The notes under the pieces were generated by a model. It was not told where the DNA came from, ran no database searches, and saw only the letters and a list, made by a program, of their open reading frames with translations. A stretch of DNA of 64,000 nt from Eledone cirrhosa (taxonomy: Eukaryota). Where the stretch lies: positions 18,290,001 through 18,354,000 of the forward strand of contig OZ024745.1 in assembly GCA_964016885.1 (NCBI GenBank), in the 5' to 3' direction. Position numbers and translations under genes: made by a program. This document shows, in pieces, positions 15,001 through 28,592 of this stretch (positions are counted from its first letter, which is position 1; every line of letters starts with the position of its first letter).

Positions 15001-18000
15001 TAGTTCGGCTAAGTGCAATAACCTTCCCCTAACACCATGGTGGTGTGTGTTGGCACACTGCTAGTTCGGCTATGTGCAATAAACTTCCCCTAACACCATG
15101 GTGGTGTGTGTTGGCACACTGCTAGTTCGGCTAAGTGCAATAACCTTCCCCTAACACCATGGTGGTGTGTGTTGGCACACTGCTAGTTCGTCTGAGTGCA
15201 ATAACCTTCGCCTAACACCATGGTGGTGTGTGTTGGCACACTGCTAGTTCGGCTAAGTGCAATAACCTTCCCCTAACACCATGGTGGTGTGTGTTGGCAC
15301 ACTGCTAGTTCGCCTAAGTGCAATAACTTCCCCTAACACCATGGTGGTGTGTGTTGGCACACTGCTAGTTCGTCTGAGTGCAATAACCTTCCCCTAACAC
15401 CATGGTGGTGTGTGTTGGCACACTGCTAGTTCGGCTAAGTACAATAACTTTCCCCTAGTACCATGGTGGTGTGTGTTGGCACACTGCTAGTTCGTCTAAG
15501 TGCAATAACCTTCCCCTAACACCATGGTGGTGTGTGTTGGCACACTGCTAGTTCGGCTAAGTGCAATAACCTTCCCCTAACACCATGGTGGTGTTTGTTG
15601 GCACACTGCTAGTTCGTCTAAGTGCAATAACCTTCCCCTAGTACCATGGTGGTGTGTGTTAGCACACTGCTAGTTCGTCTGAGTGCAATAACCTTCCCCT
15701 AACACCATGGTGGTGTGTGTTGGCACACTGCTAGTTCGTCTAAGTGCAATAACCTTCCCCTAGTACCATGGTGGTGTGTGTTGGCACACTGCTAGTTCGT
15801 CTGAGTGCAATAACTTTTTTAACGCCATGGTGGTGTGTGTTGGCACACTGCTAGTTCGTCTGAGTGCAATAACATTCCCCTAGTACCATGGTGGTGTGTG
15901 TTGGCACACTGCTAGTTCGTCTGAGTACAATAACTTTTCCCTAGTCCCATGGTGGCGTGTGTTGGCACACTGCTAGTTCGTCTGAGTGCAATAACCTTCG
16001 CCTAGCACCATGGTGGTGTGTGTTGGCACACTGCTAGTTCGTCGAAGTGCAATAACTTTTTTAACGCCATGGTGGTGTGTGTTGGCACACTGCTAGTTCG
16101 TCTAAGTGCAATAACCTTCCCCTAACACCATGGTGGTGTGTGTTGGCACACTGCTAGTTCGTCTAAGTGCAATAACCTTCCCCTAGTACCATGGTGGTGT
16201 GTGTTGGCACACTGCTAGTTCGTCTAAGTGCAATAACCTTCCCCTAGAACCATGGTGGTGTGTGTTGGCACACTGCTAGTTCGTCTAAGTGCAATAACCT
16301 TCCCCTAGCACCATGGTGGTGTGTGTTGGCACACTGCTAGTTCGTCTGAGTATAATAACCTTCCCCTAGAACCATGGTGGTGTGTGTGGGCACACTTCTA
16401 GTTCGTCTAACTGCAATAACTTCCCCTAACACCATGGTGGTGTGTGTTGGCACACGGCTTGTTCGTCTAAGTGCAATAACCTTCCCCTAATACCATGGTG
16501 GTGTGTGTTGGCACACTGCTAGTTCGTCTAAGTGCAATAACCTTCCCCTAGTACCATGGTGGTGTGTGTTGGCACACTGCTAGTTCGTCTAAGTGCAATA
16601 ACATTCCCCTAGTACCACGGTGGTGTGTGTTGGCACACTGCTAGTTCGTCTAAGTGCAATAACATTCCCCTAATACCACGGTGGTGTGTGTTGGCACACT
16701 GCTAGTTCGTCTAAGTGCAATAACATTCCCCTAGTACCACGGTGGTGTGTGTTGGCACACTGCTAGTTCGTCTAAGTGCAATAACATTCCCCTAATACCA
16801 TGGTGGTGTGTGTTGGCACACGGCTAGTTCGTCTAAGTGCAATAACCTTCCCCTAATACCATGGTGGTGTGTGTTGGCACACTGCTAGTTCGTCTAAGTG
16901 CAATAACCTTCGCCTAGCACCATGGTGGTGTGTGTTGGCACACTGCTAGTTCATCTAAGTGCAATAACCTTCCCCTAGTACCATGGTGGTGTGTGTTGGC
17001 ACACGGCTAGTTCGTCTGAGTGCAATAACCTTCCCCTAGAACCATGGTGGTGTGTGTGGGCACACTGCTAGTTCATCTAAGTGCAATAACTTCCCCTAAC
17101 ACCATGGTGGTGTGTGTTGTCACACGGCTAGTTCGTCTAAGTGCAATAACCTTCCCCTAATACCATGGTGGTGTGTGTTGGCACACTGCTAGTTCGTCTA
17201 AGTGCAATAACCTTCCCCTAGTACCATGGTGGTGTGTGTTGTCACACGGCTAGTTCGTCTAAGTGCAATAACCTTCCCCTAATACCATGGTGGTGTGTGT
17301 TGGCACACTGCTAGTTCGTCTAAGTGCAATAACCTTCCCCTAGTACCATGGTGGTGTGTGTTGTCACACGGCTAGTTCGTCTAAGTGCAATAACCTTCCC
17401 CTAATACCATGGTGGTGTGTGTGGGCACACGGCTAGTTCGTCTAAGTGCAATAACCTTCCCCTAGTACCATGGTGGTGTGTGTTGGCACACTGCTAGTTC
17501 GTCTGAGTGCAATAACCTTCCCCTAGTACCATGGTGGTGTGTGTTGGCACACGGCTAGTTCGTCTGAGTGCAATAACCTTCCCCTAATACCATGGTGGTG
17601 TGTGTTGGCACACTGCTACTTCGTCTAAGTGCAATAACCTTCCCCTAACACCATGGTGGTGTGTGTTGGCACACTGCTAGTTCGGCTAAGTGCAATAACC
17701 TTCCCCTAACACCATGGTGGTGTGTGTTGGCACACTGCTAGTTCGGCTATGTGCAATAAACTTCCCCTAACACCATGGTGGTGTGTGTTGGCACACTGCT
17801 AGTTCGGCTAAGTGCAATAACCTTCCCCTAACACCATGGTTCTGTGTGTTGGCACACTGCTAGTTCGTCTGAGTGCAATAACCTTCGCCTAACACCATGG
17901 TGGTGTGTGTTGGCACACTGCTAGTTCGGCTAAGTGCAATAACCTTCCCCTAACACCATGGTGGTGTGTGTTGGCACACTGCTAGTTCGCCTAAGTGCAA

Positions 18001-21000
18001 TAACTTCCCCTAACACCATGGTGGTGTGTGTTGGCACACTGCTAGTTCGTCTGAGTGCAATAACCTTCCCCTAACACCATGGTGGTGTGTGTTGGCACAC
18101 TGCTAGTTCGGCTAAGTACAATAACTTTCCCCTAGTACCATGGTGGTGTGTGTTGGCACACTGCTAGTTCGTCTAAGTGCAATAACCTTCCCCTAACACC
18201 ATGGTGGTGTGTGTTGGCACACTGCTAGTTCGGCTAAGTGCAATAACCTTCCCCTAACACCATGGTGGTGTTTGTTGGCACACTGCTAGTTCGTCTAAGT
18301 GCAATAACCTTCCCCTAGTACCATGGTGGTGTGTGTTAGCACACTGCTAGTTCGTCTGAGTGCAATAACCTTCCCCTAACACCATGGTGGTGTGTGTTGG
18401 CACACTGCTAGTTCGTCTAAGTGCAATAACCTTCCCCTAGTACCATGGTGGTGTGTGTTGGCACACTGCTAGTTCGTCTGAGTGCAATAACCTTCCCCTA
18501 ACACCATGGTGGTGTGTGTTGGCACACTGCTTGTTCGTCTGAGTGCAATAACATTCCCCTAGTACCATGGTGGTGTGTGTTGGCACACTGCTAGTTCGTC
18601 TGAGTACAATAACTTTTCCCTAGTCCCATGGTGGCGTGTGTTGGCACACTGCTAGTTCGTCTGAGTGCAATAACCTTCGCCTAGCACCATGGTGGTGTGT
18701 GTTGGCACACTGCTAGTTCGTCGAAGTGCAATAACTTTTTTAACGCCATGGTGGTGTGTGTTGGCACACTGCTAGTTCGTCTAAGTGCAATAACCTTCCC
18801 CTAACACCATGGTGGTGTGTGTTGGCACACTGCTAGTTCGTCTAAGTGCAATAACCTTCCACTAGTACCATGGTGGTGTGTGTTGGCACACTGCTAGTTC
18901 GTCTAAGTGCAATAACCTTCCCCTAGAACCATGGTGGTGTGTGTTGGCACACTGCTAGTTCGTCTAAGTGCAATAACCTTCCCCTAGCACCATGGTGGTG
19001 TGTGTTGGCACACTGCTAGTTCGTCTGAGTATAATAACCTTCCCCTAGAACCATGGTGGTGTGTGTGGGCACACTTCTAGTTCGTCTAACTGCAATAACT
19101 TCCCCTAACACCATGGTGGTGTGTGTTGGCACACGGCTTGTTCGTCTAAGTGCAATAACCTTCCCCTAATACCATGGTGGTGTGTGTTGGCACACTGCTA
19201 GTTCGTCTAAGTGCAATAACCTTCCCCTAGTACCATGGTGGTGTGTGTTGGCACACTGCTAGTTCGTCTAAGTGCAATAACATTCCCCTAGTACCACGGT
19301 GGTGTGTGTTGGCACACTGCTAGTTCGTCTAAGTGCAATAACATTCCCCTAATACCACGGTGGTGTGTGTTGGCACACTGCTAGTTCGTCTAAGTGCAAT
19401 AACATTCCCCTAGTACCACGGTGGTGTGTGTTGGCACACTGCTAGTTCGTCTAAGTGCAATAACATTCCCCTAATACCATGGTGGTGTGTGTTGGCACAC
19501 GGCTAGTTCGTCTAAGTGCAATAACCTTCCCCTAATACCATGGTGGTGTGTGTTGGCACACTGCTAGTTCGTCTAAGTGCAATAACCTTCGCCTAGCACC
19601 ATGGTGGTGTGTGTTGGCACACTGCTAGTTCATCTAAGTGCAATAACCTTCCCCTAGTACCATGGTGGTGTGTGTTGGCACACGGCTAGTTCGTCTGAGT
19701 GCAATAACCTTCCCCTAGAACCATGGTGGTGTGTGTGGGCACACTGCTAGTTCATCTAAGTGCAATAACTTCCCCTAACACCATGGTGGTGTGTGTTGTC
19801 ACACGGCTAGTTCGTCTAAGTGCAATAACCTTCCCCTAATACCATGGTGGTGTGTGTTGGCACACTGCTAGTTCGTCTAAGTGCAATAACCTTCCCCTAG
19901 TACCATGGTGGTGTGTGTTGTCACACGGCTAGTTCGTCTAAGTGCAATAACCTTCCCCTAATACCATGGTGGTGTGTGTTGGCACACTGCTAGTTCGTCT
20001 AAGTGCAATAACCTTCCCCTAGTACCATGGTGGTGTGTGTTGTCACACGGCTAGTTCGTCTAAGTGCAATAACCTTCCCCTAATACCATGGTGGTGTGTG
20101 TGGGCACACGGCTAGTTCGTCTAAGTGCAATAACCTTCCCCTAGTACCATGGTGGTGTGTGTTGGCACACTGCTAGTTCGTCTGAGTGCAATAACCTTCC
20201 CCTAGTACCATGGTGGTGTGTGTTGGCACACGGCTAGTTCGTCTGAGTGCAATAACCTTCCCCTAATACCATGGTGGTGTGTGTTGGCACACTGCTACTT
20301 CGTCTAAGTGCAATAACCTTCCCCTAACACCATGGTGGTGTGTGTTGGCACACTGCTAGTTCGGCTAAGTGCAATAACCTTCCCCTAACACCATGGTGGT
20401 GTGTGTTGGCACACTGCTAGTTCGGCTATGTGCAATAAACTTCCCCTAACACCATGGTGGTGTGTGTTGGCACACTGCTAGTTCGGCTAAGTGCAATAAC
20501 CTTCCCCTAACACCATGGTGGTGTGTGTTGGCACACTGCTAGTTCGTCTGAGTGCAATAACCTTCGCCTAACACCATGGTGGTGTGTGTTGGCACACTGC
20601 TAGTTCGGCTAAGTGCAATAACCTTCCCCTAACACCATGGTGGTGTGTGTTGGCACACTGCTAGTTCGCCTAAGTGCAATAACTTCCCCTAACACCATGG
20701 TGGTGTGTGTTGGCACACTGCTAGTTCGTCTGAGTGCAATAACCTTCCCCTAACACCATGGTGGTGTGTGTTGGCACACTGCTAGTTCGGCTAAGTACAA
20801 TAACTTTCCCCTAGTACCATGGTGGTGTGTGTTGACACACTGCTAGTTCGTCTAAGTGCAATAACCTTCCCCTAACACCATGGTGGTGTGTGTTGGCACA
20901 CTGCTAGTTCGGCTAAGTGCAATAACCTTCCCCTAACACCATGGTGGTGTTTGTTGGCACACTGCTAGTTCGTCTAAGTGCAATAACCTTCCCCTAGTAC

Positions 21001-23252
21001 CATGGTGGTGTGTGTTAGCACACTGCTAGTTCGTCTGAGTGCAATAACCTTCCCCTAACACCATGGTGGTGTGTGTTGGCACACTGCTAGTTCGTCTAAG
21101 TGCAATAACCTTCCCCTAGTACCATGGTGGTGTGTGTTGGCACACTGCTAGTTCGTCTGAGTGCAATAACCTTCCCCTAACACCATGGTGGTGTGTGTTG
21201 GCACACTGCTTGTTCGTCTGAGTGCAATAACATTCCCCTAGTACCATGGTGGTGTGTGTTGGCACACTGCTAGTTCGTCTGAGTACAATAACTTTTCCCT
21301 AGTCCCATGGTGGCGTGTGTTGGCACACTGCTAGTTCGTCTGAGTGCAATAACCTTCGCCTAGCACCATGGTGGTGTGTGTTGGCACACTGCTAGTTCGT
21401 CGAAGTGCAATAACTTTTTTAACGCCATGGTGGTGTGTGTTGGCACACTGCTAGTTCGTCTAAGTGCAATAACCTTCCCCTAACACCATGGTGGTGTGTG
21501 TTGGCACACTGCTAGTTCGTCTAAGTGCAATAACCTTCCCCTAGTACCATGGTGGTGTGTGTTGGCACACTGCTAGTTCGTCTAAGTGCAATAACCTTCC
21601 CCTAGAACCATGGTGGTGTGTGTTGGCACACTGCTAGTTCGTCTAAGTGCAATAACCTTCCCCTAGCACCATGGTGGTGTGTGTTGGCACACTGCTAGTT
21701 CGTCTGAGTATAATAACCTTCCCCTAGAACCATGGTGGTGTGTGTGGGCACACTTCTAGTTCGTCTAACTGCAATAACTTCCCCTAACACCATGGTGGTG
21801 TGTGTTGGCACACGGCTTGTTCGTCTAAGTGCAATAACCTTCCCCTAATACCATGGTGGTGTGTGTTGGCACACTGCTAGTTCGTCTAAGTGCAATAACC
21901 TTCCCCTAGTACCATGGTGGTGTGTGTTGGCACACTGCTAGTTCGTCTAAGTGCAATAACATTCCCCTAGTACCACGGTGGTGTGTGTTGGCACACTGCT
22001 AGTTCGTCTAAGTGCAATAACATTCCCCTAATACCACGGTGGTGTGTGTTGGCACACTGCTAGTTCGTCTAAGTGCAATAACATTCCCCTAGTACCACGG
22101 TGGTGTGTGTTGGCACACTGCTAGTTCGTCTAAGTGCAATAACATTCCCCTAATACCATGGTGGTGTGTGTTGGCACACGGCTAGTTCGTCTAAGTGCAA
22201 TAACCTTCCCCTAATACCATGGTGGTGTGTGTTGGCACACTGCTAGTTCGTCTAAGTGCAATAACCTTCCCCTAGTACCATGGTGGTGTGTGTTGGCACA
22301 CTGCTAGTTCGTCTAAGTGCAATAACATTCCCCTAGTACCACGGTGGTGTGTGTTGGCACACTGCTAGTTCGTCTAAGTGCAATAACCTTCCCCTAACAC
22401 CATGGTGGTGTGTGTTGGCACACTGCTAGTTCGTCTAAGTGCAATAACCTTTCCCTAGCACCATGGTGGTGTGTGTTGGCACACTGCTAGTTCGTCTAAG
22501 TGCCATAACCTTCCCCTAGTACCATGGTGGTGTGTGTTGGCACACTGCTAGTTCGTCTGAGTGCAATAACCTTCCTCTAACACCATGGTGGCGTGTGTTG
22601 GCACACGGCTAGTTCATCTAAGTGCAATAACCTTTCCCTAGCACCATGGTGGTGTGTGTTGGCACACTGCTAGTTCGTCTGAGTACAATAACTTTCCCCT
22701 AACACTATGGTGGTGTGTGTTGGCACATGGCTAGTTCATCTAAGTGCAATAAGCTTTCCCTAGCACCATGGTGGTGTGTGTTGGCACACTGCTAGTTCGT
22801 CTGAGTGCAATAACCTTCCCCTAGTACCATGGTGGTGTGTGTTGGCACACTGCTAGTTCGTCTGAGTGCAATAACTTTCCCCTAACACCATGGTGGTGTG
22901 TGTTGGCACACTGCTAGTTCGTCTGAGTGCAATAACTTTCCCCTAACACCATGGTGGTGTGTGTTGGCACACTGCTAGTTCGTCTGAGTGCAATAACCTT
23001 CCCCTAACACCATGTTGGCGTGTGTTGGCACACTGCTAGTTCGTCTGAGTGCAATAACCTTCCCCTAACACCATGGTGGTGTGTTGGCACACGGCTAGTT
23101 CGTCTGAGTGCAATAACCTTCCCCTAACACCATGGTGGTGTGTGTTGGCACACGGCTAGTTCGTCTGAGTGCAATAACTTCCCCTAACACCATGGTGGTG
23201 TGTGTGGGCACACTTCTAGTTCGTGTAAGAGTGAAATAACTTTCCCCTAACC
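1..23252. repeat. 60/61-bp tandem satellite array with higher-order repeat structure (continues beyond left edge)
   Basis: Consensus monomer AATAACCTTCCCCTA(G/A)(T/C)ACCATGGTGGTGTGTGTTGGCACACTGCTAGTTCGTCT(A/G)AGTGC repeated head-to-tail ~380 times. Diagnostic variants recur at 2191-, 2368- and ~2678-bp spacing. Last degenerate unit ends near 23252. Confidence 0.98.
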
Positions 23253-26200
23253 ATTATTTCTAAGTCATCCCTTCCTCCTCTAATATCGTCCATTTAGAAC
23301 TAGCTGGTACCACCCGTTTTTTGGTCTAATCATTCCACCCTATAATTTATCCACACAAACATCACTCAAAATCTGCTACCACTTCATTAGCAAAGACTTT
23401 TCCTTCTAAAGGAAAACACAAAATCCCTACACACCTCAAGATGACCATATCCTCTATAACCATCGTCCTTTAAATGTGAAGTGCTCTCACTTATATTTCA
23501 ATATTCCTTTCAAACTATTGGCCTTAACGACATTGAAAAGCACTTCTATTGAATTGCATAACCGGGATAGCACAGCCAATTTTTCGGAGCTAGAAATTAC
23601 TTCAGTTGCAACTAACATTCAACTACTAACATTTTACGACGATCACATGAGACAGTAGTATTTTTCCTACATCCTATATCAGATATGTTGAATCGCATAT
23701 CAAGAAAAATTCATCTCGCTTGATCAAAATGATCTCTACAAATACACACCAAATGTTTATCTAAACATACTCTCCTTCCTTTCTCTATATATATCTCCTG
23801 CTTCTCCAATAGTCTCTGCTCTTCGGAAAAGGCTGGCTTCATGTCACCCCCATTCCGGAAATATTTACACCATTCTTCATTCCACCTATTATCACCGATA
23901 CTATGCTCACTCTCAGTATTTGCTGTAACCATTATTCTTCTCCTTCCTCCACATAATTTTCGTAAGTACAGGCATTTATTTGACATTTCAGAGAATCCGG
24001 TTCAGAGATAATTGGTATTCGATTTTTTTAGATCATATTAAATGTTCTAATAAATTTAAACTAGGTTTTGTACGAAATTCGAGTTGAACCATGAGTGTAT
24101 CAACATTTATAGAATAATTTGAAACTCAACGCAATAAATTTATTATTTTTCATCTTATTATTATGACGTTCTGAAGGAGGAACATGTTTCGAAGCTGGTT
24201 TGGAAACAGGATTGTTAGTGCTATCATAGAGTTATATAGAGTGCTATCATAGAGTTATATAGAGTGATTTTCAGGTTTAAAGGGATTAGATGGATTATTA
24301 ATATTTGAGTCTTTGGGATGGACAACATTTCTAGTAGAATTATCGTATTGAATTAGATGGTGGTCTATATTTGATCTTAAGGTGTTATGGTTAATAATTC
24401 TGTTATTACTATTAGTAGTACTGTTTGCTGGCCTTGTAACTATATAAGAAACCACCATTAGTACCACTGTTAGGTTTGGAGATAAGAACAGACTGTTTCC
24501 AGACCCCAAAGTTGTGAAGCTCCCATCAAAATTCAAGCAGCCTGAGAGGTGGTTTGGTTTGGTTTTGTCGGAAGCTTCATGTATTCATGGGCTCCACTTT
24601 GAATCTCCGTTGCTGGAAGAATCGTACCAGACGTATCCGAAACTTACAATACATATATGCTTTATATGTGATACATATACATGATACATAACAATATCTT
24701 TTACTTATACTGTTTGCACTTGCTAGTAACATTTCAGTTTATTGTTTTACACTCAGAAATATATATTTCTCCATCAACTTCAGTACCACCATCCTCACAG
24801 AAACTATAGTAACATAAAACAATAGAAATAACTTCTACTCCATCACCAGCAACAGCATATTGTATTTTAAATCCGTCTTCTATTGGTTAAATCAGATTTA
24901 TGTAAGCTGATTTCCTTCAGTTATTTTTACCATTAAGCGTTTACTATTGTTCAGGCCGAATAATGTTTCGTTGCTATTGTTTTTACGTTTTTTTTTCCTT
25001 TATAATTATTCTCCATCACTTCGAGATGTTTACTCTTCGGGCATAAGATGGGATTTCTTCCACTGCATGTTTTATGTAACAACTTCTTTACTTCATGATT
25101 TTATCATAAACCAGTTTAGCAAAACACTGTAATCTTAGAATGGTAAATTTCCTGTTACTGAGCAGTTATTAAACTAGTGCTAATGACGTTATTTGTCTGT
25201 CTTATTCTATCAATCTTACACTCCCTCTCTTATTTCCAACTCATTCCCATTCTTTTTGTTGGTGTATTTTTTTCACTTTGCTGCTTTTTTAATCTATATC
25301 TAACTACATATTGTTATGTTTCTCTTTCATTGTTTTAATGCGATTGTTGAGAGAAAGAATAAGATATCCTTGAAATAGTTAGATATCCGATTACCATTAT
25401 GAAATATGTTCTTCCTTCTCCTCTAGGCGGGGATGATTCTGATGACGTAGAATATATAACCGTTGCTGCTGCTGCTGGTGATATATGATTTCGCCAAATA
25501 ATGATTTCATAACGAAGGAAGGAACATACCACTGACATCTTATGTTACCACGGGTGGCTGGGCTAAATAGGTTTGTGGATACCATAATAAGCTGCTAGAT
25601 TTGTATCACTTAGATGTTGATTTTTGTGTTGAGGTTGGGGGATTTTATCTTATTTGTATGTTCAAATCCTGACACAGGTTTACATAAATATAAAATGCAA
25701 TATAGCCGACAAAACCAACATATGTTACAAGTATTACTGTTATGGACCCTGAAGTAATATATGGGAAACATTACATATAAGCAATACCACAATGTATATA
25801 TAAGTATTTTAGAACGTAAAGGATATAGTGTTCACCATCTAATATTAGATACTAACGCATTTTGTCATTTTCTTACGTCGAGATATTAGATTGTGAGAAA
25901 ATTTCTCGGATGTTCCGACCTTATACTACGAAGTTCACCAGATGACCGGGTGGCATTGATACCAATTAATTGTCAATTTCTCCTGGTTTTTAGCTCAACT
26001 GTACCAGCCATTTCTAATCCAGCAAGACGTTCTTTCTGAAGTCACCACAAACCTGCATGTAGTTGTCTTTTCTATGTCATACGCACATCGCTGAAGCATC
26101 TTCTGCATAGACTCGGCCGTAAAGTCTTTGCTGCTAATCTTGTCTAGAAATATTCCTTATACTTTTGAACTAGGTCCTGGTAAATGATGGCTATTAGAAG

Positions 26201-27936
26201 AAATTGCTGAAGAACCTTATCTCTCCACGATGCTGTCGGTTCTTTTAGATTTTCTACCTTATTTCCCTCAACCATATAACTATTTCATGCATCGGGTATG
26301 TGTTGACGATCTGGGGAAAATTGCTTGTTTCTCCCCTCATTTTCCATCTTTATTGCATCTCCATGAAGCTTTATTTGTTGTTTATATTGAGTACAGTGGC
26401 ATGTAACTTTCTCTTAACCAATGTAATTATTAGTTCATGAGTATGCTAAACAATAGCATGTCCCTGTATATAATGCGAGCATACAAACAATGCACATTTC
26501 GTAATACATCCACTTTTACTGCACATGTTTGTGGGGTTTCCGTTCGCTGGATCAGCCTCAGCAGTTACATCCGAACCCACAGCCAAAAGTCCTCCACCCG
26601 ACATTGATTGAAATCGTGGTCGTCTTCGACTGCGAAGGGCATACAATACTGTACAAAGTAAAAAAAGAAACCTCAATTTAAACAAATCTTCCAAAATCAC
26701 CTAAAAAGAGGGAATACATAGGATAGCAGATTGTCAGGTATATTATGTCGAAATAAATGAAAATATGATTAAGTTACCGACCAAGGTTGTCTACTTACTT
26801 AATCAAGCCGAATACCATGACACCATAGAACATAGTTTCAATATAACACACTTAGTGTATTAAATCATTAGTTAAATGATGAATGATTGATCATGACAGA
26901 ATTAATATATTTTATCAATATCATCAAAATTAAAACCTTATAAAAGACGAAAGAGAAACCTTCAATTTTATAGCTTTCCAGTTTATGTACTATTTGTTCT
27001 GCATTCTGACAATAAACATTTTCAAAAACTCTTTTATCATCAATATTGTAGTCATTAAATTGTCAACCCTCTCAGGCCTTTCCTTTCTGTCATTCACAAA
27101 CGCATTTTTCCCATAATGCAATGTCGGTGGGAAAGTGAGCAATGGAAATACAATGTATTTTAGAAATGTCATCTGTAGAGGATGGCAAAATTTACTAACC
27201 GACTCGGTTAAATATGTTAGGTTAACCATTTTAACAGTTCCCAAAGTATCTTCATTATAGGCTACGAAACAAAAGAACGTTTTAGTGTTTACTATACAAC
27301 GGCTATTTGTATTTGAATGAAATATTCTAGAAGTGAAGAAACAGCTATTGTTTGCTCTGTGGAAATGGAGATAATGATATACAAATATATATATGGTGAA
27401 ATATAAATATATGGTAGTACATCATATTATGCAGCTGTATATAACATATAGGTACAGATAAGAGTGCGTACATACTGACACACTGAACTGTACATATATG
27501 CAGCTTCACACAATCGCACGTACGTAACAAGAACACATTTAGACACTCAAATTGACATATACTTAAGAACAAAAAAGTCACATATTACAAGCACAGAAAG
27601 ACAAACATATAAAGAGTCAAATATGATATACTATATCATATTCTCAAAACTGTTAATCATTAAGTATTATCCTTGCTAGTAAGGAAAATTACTTTAGTAT
27701 TAAACACCTCATATTAAAAACATATCAGGAAAATGTAGAGCTTGGAATAAACTTAAGAAAATATTGTTCTACATTCAAAAATCATAGATGAATGTACACA
27801 CTAGATTTTGATTTTAGTCTAAGAATAGAGGCTCCACTTCAGTTTTAATGGTGCAGATGATATTTTCTGTGGAACGAGTGGCCTCGTACAAGCTGCATAT
27901 TTGTCACTGGAAGACTGAACTTGCTTTTATTATACA

Positions 27937-28469
27937 CTAGCCGAATTACCCGTGTTTCACACATAAAAAAGTAGAGGAATTAACTAATAATTTTTGTTGT
28001 CATAATGCTAGTGATGTTTTGCCATAGATAAAATGGCTAAATTAGCCAAATTTTACTATAAAAGGGAGGTGCTTTTTTTTTGTTGATTTACATTTAATTA
28101 ATAGAAAAACCCCGTGATAATAGAGGTTTCAATACTCAGGTGAGGGGCTTCCCAAATGATCACTATAGGAAGTTTAAGCCCATTAAGGTGTCTTAATTTT
28201 ATTGACATTTGCTGAACTTTTGTGAATAGTCATCATATCTTGTCATTTACCTATGGTTTAAATTTCATATAAATCGAAGGGAAAAGATTTTCAGCGGGGG
28301 TTTGCGCCCCCGGGGAACCCTTTGATTAAAATGAAATATACTTAACCAAGTACCCTGGGCAATGTAGTTTCAGAATATTTATATGTATCGGTGTCTATCT
28401 CAAAAACCATAGGAGGAGAGCGTGAACAAACAAACAAACAGACAGGAACTACAACTTTATAAATAGAGA
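27937..28469 (-). mobile_element. Non-autonomous Helitron (~533 bp)
   Basis: On the minus strand it starts A|TCTCTATTTATAAAG followed by a (GTTT)n/GTCT tract. It ends in hairpin GTGT-GAA-ACAC then GGGTAATTCGG-CTAG|T. Insertion is between A and T with no TSD, matching canonical Helitron termini. Confidence 0.8.
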
Positions 28470-28487
28470 TGTATTTACTTTTAACAC

Positions 28488-28544
28488 ATACTCACACACG
28501 CACACGCACACGCACACACACACACACATACATACATACACATG

Positions 28545-28591
<47 letters not shown>
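28488..28591. repeat. (CA)n/(TA)n compound microsatellite
   Basis: Dinucleotide tracts read directly. Confidence 0.95.

Positions 28592-28592
<1 letters not shown>

Noticed and set aside
1-23252. CRISPR-like array
   Set aside because: No unique spacers: whole monomers repeat with only point variants. The context is eukaryotic and there are no cas genes.
24218-24266. 23-bp tandem duplication (similar short ones near 33035 and 46218)
   Set aside because: Ordinary slippage duplications with no associated structure.
26480-27130. In-frame TGA codons near Cys suggesting a selenoprotein or alternative code
   Set aside because: No recognisable selenoprotein motif or SECIS was seen. Stops are expected in decayed or noncoding DNA.
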